Assembly: GCA_049903315.1 (NCBI GenBank)
Contig: JBNGBT010000009.1
Coordinates: forward strand, 51,924 to 115,923
Direction of reading: 5' to 3'
Length of the DNA stretch: 64,000 nucleotides
DNA from: Candidatus Cloacimonadota bacterium
GTDB lineage: Bacteria > Cloacimonadota > Cloacimonadia > JGIOTU-2
Numbering within the stretch: position 1 is the stretch's first letter; every line of letters starts with the position of its first letter. A model generated the notes under the pieces. The model was not told where the DNA came from and made no database searches. It was given only the letters and a program-made list of their open reading frames with translations. Both the position numbers and the translations under genes were made by a program. Below, piece after piece: positions 57,051 through 64,000 of the stretch.

Positions 57051-58098
57051 ATGTGTTTTGTTAATGGCGGTATGCGCCGTATTGCTCGTCGCGGGATGTG
57101 ATAATGGACCTTCCGTGCGCAAGAGCAGCACAGATCACAAGAAACCTCTTTCCTGGGGGCAGTCTCACCGCATCTTCACCTATGCAGATAACAAAGCGTG
57201 GGATTACGGACAGCTTGAGATAAAGAAATCACTCGAACGGCAATTTTTTACTACAACCAACGAAGTGCTCTTTACTGTCGAAAGACACGAAATTTTAAAT
57301 ATACACACGTATTACAAATTTGCCAACCTGCTCCTCTTATGCGATGTCAGCTCGAATCAACCCGTCTCCAAATACGTGAAGGAGATAATCCCCGAACAAG
57401 TTGCCATGATTGGGGACTCGCTTCCGGCAACAATGGTTGCGGCAAAGGACCTTTGGGCGCGGGACCAGCGAGTGATCTTTATGTTGGGAAAAGATGTCGA
57501 ACAATTGCTTCTCTATACTTTTGAAAATCTGAATCTCATTTTTGATATCTATGAAAGTGCAGAATTTGAGCGGATTGAAGATGTGGTGTATAAACTCGGG
57601 CTGAATAATGAAGAGATCGCGTATGAGAAGGAGCATTACCCCTGGTACATGGAACTTCCCTCACAATACACGGTTTTCAAAAGAGATGACACTCACGATT
57701 TTGTGTCCTATCTCTGCAGGGTGAAAAATTATCCCGATAGATTTCTGGGCATCTATTGGGAGCTTATGGAAGAGAATAATGTTTCAAAAGAATGGCTCTA
57801 TCAGAAGCGGATTGAAATCGGAGAGAAATACTACAGCGGCGACACGCTCATAAAAGACGATGTACGGAAAGAGAATGCAGAATTTCTTGGTTATTCTGCA
57901 TACAAATTATCCGGCAGATGGCAGAACATGAAAAGCTATACCGGCGGCACCTTTGCATGCTGGGGCTTCTATGACGAACAGCAGAAAACGGCATATATGA
58001 TAGACAATGCCGTGTATTTCCCGGAAGGAGAAAAGCTCCGCGCATTGATAGGTTTGGATATTATTAGCAATACTTTTAAAACTATAGACAAAAAATAA
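57040..58098 (+). CDS. DUF4837-like lipoprotein
   Basis: Lipobox VAGC; DLWARDQ, LSGRW....GGTF and P...K. Confidence 0.7.
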   Translation: MGRKCVLLMAVCAVLLVAGCDNGPSVRKSSTDHKKPLSWGQSHRIFTYADNKAWDYGQLEIKKSLERQFFTTTNEVLFTVERHEILNIHTYYKFANLLLLCDVSSNQPVSKYVKEIIPEQVAMIGDSLPATMVAAKDLWARDQRVIFMLGKDVEQLLLYTFENLNLIFDIYESAEFERIEDVVYKLGLNNEEIAYEKEHYPWYMELPSQYTVFKRDDTHDFVSYLCRVKNYPDRFLGIYWELMEENNVSKEWLYQKRIEIGEKYYSGDTLIKDDVRKENAEFLGYSAYKLSGRWQNMKSYTGGTFACWGFYDEQQKTAYMIDNAVYFPEGEKLRALIGLDIISNTFKTIDKK

Positions 58099-58115
58099 AC
58101 TCACAGGAGGGTACC

Positions 58116-60608
58116 ATGAGAAAACACATTCTTGTTTCATTTGCAAGCACGATAGCCCTGTGCATATTTATTCTCCCTTTGCAGGCGCAGGAAATTAAGA
58201 TCAACGAAATCCTCTACGATCCCGCAGGGGGAGATACCGGAAATGAATGGATCGAGCTCTACAACCCGGGCACTCAGCCGGTTCAGCTTGAGGGCTGGCA
58301 GATACAGAAAGCCGGGACAACATTCGAGGAATGTTTCACCTTTCCGGAATATACTATTTACCCCGGACAATACCTATTAATTGGAGAAGCCCAAGTGCCG
58401 AACGCCGACCTGATCGGGGATCTTGCGTTCCAAAATGGAGGTACTGCAACAGATGGAGTGCGTATTATTTCAGCAGAAGGAGACACGGTCGATACGATCC
58501 TGTATGACTCTCCGAACTCGAACAATCTTCCGGGAGATGCTCACCAGCCGGGCATTTATTTTGCCGTTGATGTTTCTTCCGGGCATACACTCATCCGTTT
58601 TCCAAATGGACACGATACTGATAATTGCGAAGAAGATTTTTTTGAGTGCGAATACCCAACACCCGGCGCACCAAATGAGATGCCGCAAGATGTTGTCTTG
58701 CAGAATGTAGTAATACAACCACCACATCCCGACAGCACCGACATGGTTTCTCTGCATTTTTACGCATACAATGATTCGGATATCTCAATTCAGGCAGACG
58801 GCTGTTCATATAAAATATTCGTGTCCGGGATTCTTGTTTGTGAGAGTACTATTGATACTGAGATTCCCAGTCATGAAACATACCTGATTGAAACCTCATT
58901 GGGAATTTTTGATAACGGCTTGTATGAATATTATGTAGAACTCATTCTTTCAGCCGACACAACACCCTCAAACAATTCATATGAATCTTCTTTTCTTGTG
59001 GGAGAATCACCAATAATCATCAACGAGATCATGTACATGGCAGGCACACCGAACGTTGAATGGGTCGAATTGTTCAATAATTCTGAAAGCTCATTCTCTT
59101 CACTAAATTGGCATATCAAGGACGCAACTTCAGGATGGATCGCGGTTGCAACTCAGAAAGAAATAGCACCGCATTCATATATTGTGATCACTGAGGACAC
59201 GATGGCAGTGAAAGAATATTATGAGTATGATATTATGCTTGTCCAAACAAATGGGTGGGCATCTTTGAATAACACAACCCTGGACGAGGTGTATATTTCC
59301 GATAAATATTACACTCAACTGGATTCGATGGGATACGATCCTGCCGAATTTTCCTGTCCGTACAATTATTCTCTGGAGCGCATCAATCCTTATGAAAATG
59401 TTCCAAACAATTGGGGCGTTTCTGTGGACAGTCTTGGGGCAACACCGGGCAAGGTGAACAGTATCACACCAAAAGAATACGACATAGCGGTTACGTCGCT
59501 CACGAAAGAAGAGGACGGAGAAACCCTCGAACTAAGTGCGATCTGCAAAAATATCGGCTTCAACCCACTGACAAATGCTGAGTATATTTTCTTTGATGAC
59601 CTGAACTGGAATGCACAATATGATGCCGGAGAAGAAATGGACACGGGCTATTTCAATATTTCAACTGGAGATTCCGCGGCTTTTTCCTATTCCTTCATGC
59701 CGGAAATTGGCTATTATCAATATGGGTTTTATATAAAGGATGTTCAGGATTTGGATACTTCAAACAACCTCATGCTCACGACCCATAATACGTCCGGCTC
59801 TCATCCGCTATGTATCAATGAAATCCAGGCAGCGCCGTCCGGAGAACAGCCGGAATGGATCGAGCTTCTCAATATCTTTGATTTTTCTCTCAATATTTCT
59901 GGCTGGACACTGGCAGACCAGAGCGATACACTTATTTTACAATCTTCAAGAAGCGCAATATCTCAAAATGAATATCTTGTGATACTTCCCGAAGCAGGCG
60001 ACTCTCTTGCATTGAAATCACACTTTGCATATCTCGACACACTTCCACATTTCATATTTGCATGGGAGCTGCCCTCTCTTAATAATGACGAAGACATCCT
60101 TGTGCTTAGAGACGCAAACGGCTGCCTGATAGACAGCATACATTATTATAGCGAGTGGAAAGAGATAGAAGATAATTCTCTCGAACGTATAAATCCGCAT
60201 CTTCCTACAGAGAATTCTGATAATTGGGACAGCTCTGTGAGCAGTCTTGGCGCGACTCCCGGCACGCAGAACAGTTTATATGTCGAACACATTATTCCTG
60301 AAGTAGAGCTGAGCGTCACACCAAATCCACTCTCTTATAGAGAAAAGAAGTCTGTGCTCATAGAATACAATTTGCCGGAACCTATCTCCAAGATAAACAT
60401 CCGCATTTTTGACATGAAAGGGCGCATGATCCGCTGGCTCACAGACCAGCAATGGGTAGGATCCCAGGGTACAGTTATCTGGGATTGCAAAAATGAAAAC
60501 GGAAATGTTGTTCCCATTGGAATTTACATCGTGCACCTTGAAGGGGGAGGAAAGCTCAGCAACAAGATATATGAAAAAACTACTACAATGGTCATAGGAG
60601 AAAAATGA
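58116..60608 (+). CDS. Secreted protein with three lamin-tail domains and an FlgD-Ig/T9SS-type CTD
   Basis: Three INEI...EWIEL.N...TPG..N units; TPNP...IFDMKGRMI...WD...GIYI. Confidence 0.85.
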   Translation: MRKHILVSFASTIALCIFILPLQAQEIKINEILYDPAGGDTGNEWIELYNPGTQPVQLEGWQIQKAGTTFEECFTFPEYTIYPGQYLLIGEAQVPNADLIGDLAFQNGGTATDGVRIISAEGDTVDTILYDSPNSNNLPGDAHQPGIYFAVDVSSGHTLIRFPNGHDTDNCEEDFFECEYPTPGAPNEMPQDVVLQNVVIQPPHPDSTDMVSLHFYAYNDSDISIQADGCSYKIFVSGILVCESTIDTEIPSHETYLIETSLGIFDNGLYEYYVELILSADTTPSNNSYESSFLVGESPIIINEIMYMAGTPNVEWVELFNNSESSFSSLNWHIKDATSGWIAVATQKEIAPHSYIVITEDTMAVKEYYEYDIMLVQTNGWASLNNTTLDEVYISDKYYTQLDSMGYDPAEFSCPYNYSLERINPYENVPNNWGVSVDSLGATPGKVNSITPKEYDIAVTSLTKEEDGETLELSAICKNIGFNPLTNAEYIFFDDLNWNAQYDAGEEMDTGYFNISTGDSAAFSYSFMPEIGYYQYGFYIKDVQDLDTSNNLMLTTHNTSGSHPLCINEIQAAPSGEQPEWIELLNIFDFSLNISGWTLADQSDTLILQSSRSAISQNEYLVILPEAGDSLALKSHFAYLDTLPHFIFAWELPSLNNDEDILVLRDANGCLIDSIHYYSEWKEIEDNSLERINPHLPTENSDNWDSSVSSLGATPGTQNSLYVEHIIPEVELSVTPNPLSYREKKSVLIEYNLPEPISKINIRIFDMKGRMIRWLTDQQWVGSQGTVIWDCKNENGNVVPIGIYIVHLEGGGKLSNKIYEKTTTMVIGEK

Positions 60609-61510
60609 AGTACCTTTCATATTTTCTCATTTTGATAATTGTAGCCGGCTGTGCAACGATTACTCAGGGAACAAAGGAAGAAGTTGTGTTTACCAGCAAA
60701 CACGATAGTACAGAAGTGTGGGTTTCAGGAAAGAAAATAGGATACACACCGACATCGGCAGAAATTAGCACCTTTGGAAAAAAAATAGTCACATTGATAT
60801 ACCCAAACGGGCAGAGAAAAACATATGTGCTTAAGAAGACAATCAGTCCTACGATATTATTAAATCTTCTTCTCATTGCACCAGAATTATGTCTTATTGG
60901 ACTTGGTACCGACATGATCTCTGGTGGAGGTTGGACGTTTGTGGATAAGAAGACAGATAAGAGATTAGAAAGCACAGTTCGGAAAACAGAAGGTATAGAA
61001 GGCACATTAGAAATACAGACGGAACCATTGAGGATTAAACCAGAACTATATTTATTATTATCCGGCGGCGGATGTTATGGGAAAGTTGGCGAAAGTGGAG
61101 ACAGGAAAAATATTGTTACAGGGGATCTTTACTTTGAAACCATTTTATCTTTAAGAGATATTCTGCATTTTGGAATCGGGGGAAATTATGGACTCCTACA
61201 ATATGAGAAAAACGATAATGTAACCTATTATACATTATATTTTCTTTTTAAGGGAGCTCCAAAAGTAGAAAATATTAATAGGGGTTATGTATTATTACAT
61301 CTTGGGGGTGGAGATATTTTTGCGAATATCGAAGAACCATTGTCTTGCTCAAGACAGTATTTTTATCTTGCCTTTGGAGTTGGGATGGATTTGGGCAAGA
61401 AAATATATGCAGAAATATTAATAAAAGGTATTTCACATAAGTGTCCTAAAATGCCTACCGAATCTATTGGTTTGAAGGTTGGATTCAGGCTTCCAAATAT
61501 ATTGAAATAA
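60605..61510 (+). CDS. PEGA-domain lipoprotein with hydrophobic hairpin and C-terminal beta-barrel-like domain (paralog 1)
   Basis: VAGCAT, EV.FTS...VW.SG.KIGYTP, GTD...G.G and FGVG...KIYAEI. Confidence 0.75.
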   Translation: MKYLSYFLILIIVAGCATITQGTKEEVVFTSKHDSTEVWVSGKKIGYTPTSAEISTFGKKIVTLIYPNGQRKTYVLKKTISPTILLNLLLIAPELCLIGLGTDMISGGGWTFVDKKTDKRLESTVRKTEGIEGTLEIQTEPLRIKPELYLLLSGGGCYGKVGESGDRKNIVTGDLYFETILSLRDILHFGIGGNYGLLQYEKNDNVTYYTLYFLFKGAPKVENINRGYVLLHLGGGDIFANIEEPLSCSRQYFYLAFGVGMDLGKKIYAEILIKGISHKCPKMPTESIGLKVGFRLPNILK

Positions 61511-61517
61511 ACAGTTT

Positions 61518-62390
61518 ATGAAAATTATAGCGTTAAGTTTTTTGGTTATTATACTTTCTGCTTGTGCAACCATCATGATGGGAACAAAAGAGGAGGTAGC
61601 TTTCACCAGCGAGACAGATAGTGTTGAAGTATGGATTTCCGGTAATAAGATAGGATATACTCCCACATCAGTAAAACTAGGGAAAAAACATAAAAATGTT
61701 ATAACATTCGTTTTTCCTGAAGGGCAGACCTACTCATATGAACTAAAAACAAAGATAAGCCCAACAATATTGTATAATCTTATTAATATATACAATCCCC
61801 CTCTTGCTGCATTAGGTGCAGGAGTGGATTTATTTGGTGGTGCAGGACGGACTTTTTATGACAGAACAATATCATTTTCTGGCAGTAAAACAAACAATGA
61901 ATGGAACGTTAACATTGAAAAAATCAGGAAATATTCAGGAAATTATATCCTTTGTTCGGGTGGGTTGAGCTACCTCTTTCCTCAAGAAATAAACGGGATT
62001 TATATAGCAGAAACCTATTTTGAATTGATGCATTCTTTCTCGGATATCATTCATTGTGGTTATGGGCTTAATCCCGGTTATTTCAAGGCCAGAGAAGAAT
62101 CGGTTTTAATGGTATCAATGTACTTACTGTTCAAGGTTGCACCGAGGATAGATAATAGCCCAAGGAGATTTTATTTTATTGGACACTTCGGGACAAATTA
62201 TTTCTGGACAGATCGCAAAGAGGATAATGAGAGTTTTAATATTAACTTTTATATTGCGCCAGGATTTGGTATATCGTTTGGAGAGAAAATATATATAGAA
62301 CTATTATTGAAAGGTATTAAGCCTATGTTATCTGATAATTTTGCGCCCGTTCTTGGTTTTCGTGTTGGTTACAGGTTAAATCTATTTTAA
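61518..62390 (+). CDS. PEGA-domain lipoprotein with C-terminal beta-barrel-like domain (paralog 2)
   Basis: LSACAT, KIGYTP, GVDLFGGAG and GFG...KIYIEL...RVGYRLNLF. Confidence 0.75.
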   Translation: MKIIALSFLVIILSACATIMMGTKEEVAFTSETDSVEVWISGNKIGYTPTSVKLGKKHKNVITFVFPEGQTYSYELKTKISPTILYNLINIYNPPLAALGAGVDLFGGAGRTFYDRTISFSGSKTNNEWNVNIEKIRKYSGNYILCSGGLSYLFPQEINGIYIAETYFELMHSFSDIIHCGYGLNPGYFKAREESVLMVSMYLLFKVAPRIDNSPRRFYFIGHFGTNYFWTDRKEDNESFNINFYIAPGFGISFGEKIYIELLLKGIKPMLSDNFAPVLGFRVGYRLNLF

Positions 62391-62413
62391 GAAAACGGAA
62401 AGGGAAAATACCG

Positions 62414-63361
62414 ATGAAATTTGTGAAACATCTAACCATTATCGTTTTAGTGACATTAGTTTTGGCTTGCGCAATGATAACTAAAGGACCGGTTCAGGAA
62501 ATTGAGTTTACCAGCAGTACAGACAGCGTAACAGTGTATGTGGACGGTAAGGACATCGGACAAACACCGACATCGGAGAGTTTGTGGAAAATAAAGAAAC
62601 ATACAGCCACTTTTTTTCTCCCTGATGGACAGGAGCAAGAACATCAGCTTAAAACACATCCCAATAAAGACATCATTAATAACGGTCTGCTTTTACTCGT
62701 AGATCCCTATCTTGGAATTATTGGATTTGGAGTAGATTGGTTCGCCGGTTCGGGGCGTTCTTTTGATGAACGCACTCTTCGATTTGAACATCTTAAAACA
62801 GGAATACCAATAACTATTGATATTACTGCAAAGACATTTAAACCAAAAGATTATGGAATTTTGTTTGGAGGAGCAGGAATTTTACCCATTATGTCAAATG
62901 AAGATAATGATAAGCTCGAAAAGACCATTCCGTTTCCCGATGTCACCTTTGAAGTAATGAGATCATACCGTGGAAGGTATCATTTGGGTGCTGGAATTAA
63001 CCTACAATATATTGATAGATTAAAGGCAGAGGAAGACAAGATTCTAAACAATGTTTTTCAACTCACCGGATATGGTGTTTTTAAATTTTCCCCACTGAAA
63101 ATCTTTGATAATATTCGTCCTTATTTTGTAAACGAAATAGGGACCGGAGCATCATTCGGCAAGGATAATGGAAAACTTACCATGACCTTAGCGCTCATTT
63201 ATTTTGGAGGTGGATGGGGAATCGAATACAAAGAAAAATTATACGCAGAAATAATCGGGCAATTCCGACTTTTTGATGTTATATGGGGTGAAGGTCTTGG
63301 TTTAGGAAATGTTAGGTATATATTTCGAGTTGGATGCCGGTTTGACACAAAGAAGGGGTAG
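62414..63361 (+). CDS. PEGA-domain lipoprotein with C-terminal beta-barrel-like domain (paralog 3)
   Basis: VLACAM, VYVDGKDIGQTP, GVDWFAGSG and GWG...KLYAEI...RVGCRF. Confidence 0.75.
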   Translation: MKFVKHLTIIVLVTLVLACAMITKGPVQEIEFTSSTDSVTVYVDGKDIGQTPTSESLWKIKKHTATFFLPDGQEQEHQLKTHPNKDIINNGLLLLVDPYLGIIGFGVDWFAGSGRSFDERTLRFEHLKTGIPITIDITAKTFKPKDYGILFGGAGILPIMSNEDNDKLEKTIPFPDVTFEVMRSYRGRYHLGAGINLQYIDRLKAEEDKILNNVFQLTGYGVFKFSPLKIFDNIRPYFVNEIGTGASFGKDNGKLTMTLALIYFGGGWGIEYKEKLYAEIIGQFRLFDVIWGEGLGLGNVRYIFRVGCRFDTKKG

Positions 63362-63372
63362 CATGAAAAAGA

Positions 63373-63870
63373 TTATTTTCTACTCAACTCTTTCTCAAGC
63401 CTAACAGCCCTTATCTTTCCTGACGGATAGTCACAAAAAGATTCCCTAACCTTCTTATATCCAATCTTTTCGTAAAATTTCTGGTTATATTTCGGAATGA
63501 TCGTATCAACAATGATTGTTTCAATATCCGGAAGATAATTTTTTGCATATTCCTCAAAATGAAGAAGTAATTCAGAACCAATTCCTTGGTTCACGAAATT
63601 CAAATTAACATACAGAAACAGAATTTCAATCGTACTTTTATCATGAATCCTCGAGCCGATAAATCCAACTATTTCATTGTGAGTTTCTGCAACGAAGAGT
63701 GGATTGTTTTCTACGAGAAGAATAAGATCCTCGGGAGAATATGCTTCGATGCCAGCCCGTACAGCATCTTCTCCGATTTCTTTTACGAATAATTCCTTAA
63801 ACGCATCCGTACGAAGAGACCAACATACCTGGGCATCAGAGTGAAGAAAGGGGCGGATTTGAAATTCGAT
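63373..63870 (-). CDS. GNAT N-acetyltransferase with apparent ATC start codon (or a lost ATG)
   Basis: Frame is open from 63918 with no ATG/GTG/TTG until 63603; AAGGA-7 nt-ATC at 63870 gives (M)EFQIRPF...FVAE...IVGF...LYVN...QGIGSELL...FYEKIGY. Confidence 0.75.
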   Translation of the reverse strand: MEFQIRPFLHSDAQVCWSLRTDAFKELFVKEIGEDAVRAGIEAYSPEDLILLVENNPLFVAETHNEIVGFIGSRIHDKSTIEILFLYVNLNFVNQGIGSELLLHFEEYAKNYLPDIETIIVDTIIPKYNQKFYEKIGYKKVRESFCDYPSGKIRAVRLEKELSRK

Positions 63871-64000
63871 TTTTGTTTCCTTCTGAATTTTGCAGAAGCC
63901 TAAACTTTCGCAAAGGTATTATATGTAAGAAAACTTAGCGTTGTTTACAGAAATTGGGAGAAGAGTATGTTGTTGCAGAAAGGAGTACATGCCATGGTAA

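Noticed and set aside
63979..64000. AAAGGAG and ATG at 63994: possible start of the next + strand gene
   Set aside because: Only two codons lie in the window, so it cannot be supported.

Overview
A 64-kb AT-rich bacterial chromosome segment containing the probable replication origin: dnaA on the minus strand with DnaA-box clusters on both sides, and no adjacent dnaN or rpmH. Four secreted proteins end in FlgD-Ig/T9SS-type C-terminal domains and several outer-membrane barrels are present, which suggests an FCB-group diderm, most plausibly Ca. Cloacimonadota (inference, no search run). The first ~15.7 kb is accessory: a GNAT, a secreted agmatine/peptidylarginine deiminase, a Sel1-C39 protein, a decaying alpha/beta hydrolase, arsR-nfnAB-CBS, a transglutaminase, an RNase Z-like remnant and an NYN RNase. 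Core loci follow: femX-murE-acpS-tdh-kbl, rpsU-cvpA-mutS2-lipoprotein-dnaG-rpoD, tRNA Gly-Cys-Leu, recJ-like-mreB-mreC-[CofE-like ligase]-mreD-mrdA, oriC/dnaA, M23-thiN-xseB-ispA-dut-methyltransferase-ftsX-like-pgsA, and three tandem PEGA lipoprotein paralogs. The best candidate for an undescribed system is a non-canonical peptidoglycan pathway: an F420-0:gamma-glutamyl-ligase-like amide ligase translationally coupled inside the Rod (mre) operon, together with an EDPR-type MurE and a FemABX transferase co-transcribed with Thr-to-Gly enzymes. Other notable items are an NfnAB pair that has lost the NAD-binding glycine loop and the Glu [4Fe-4S] ligand, an NYN RNase preceded by a structured terminator-like leader RNA, a GNAT gene apparently starting at ATC, and promoters with a perfect -35 but no TATAAT. 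No CRISPR array, rRNA, transposase or integrase was seen. Family assignments come from motif recognition only.
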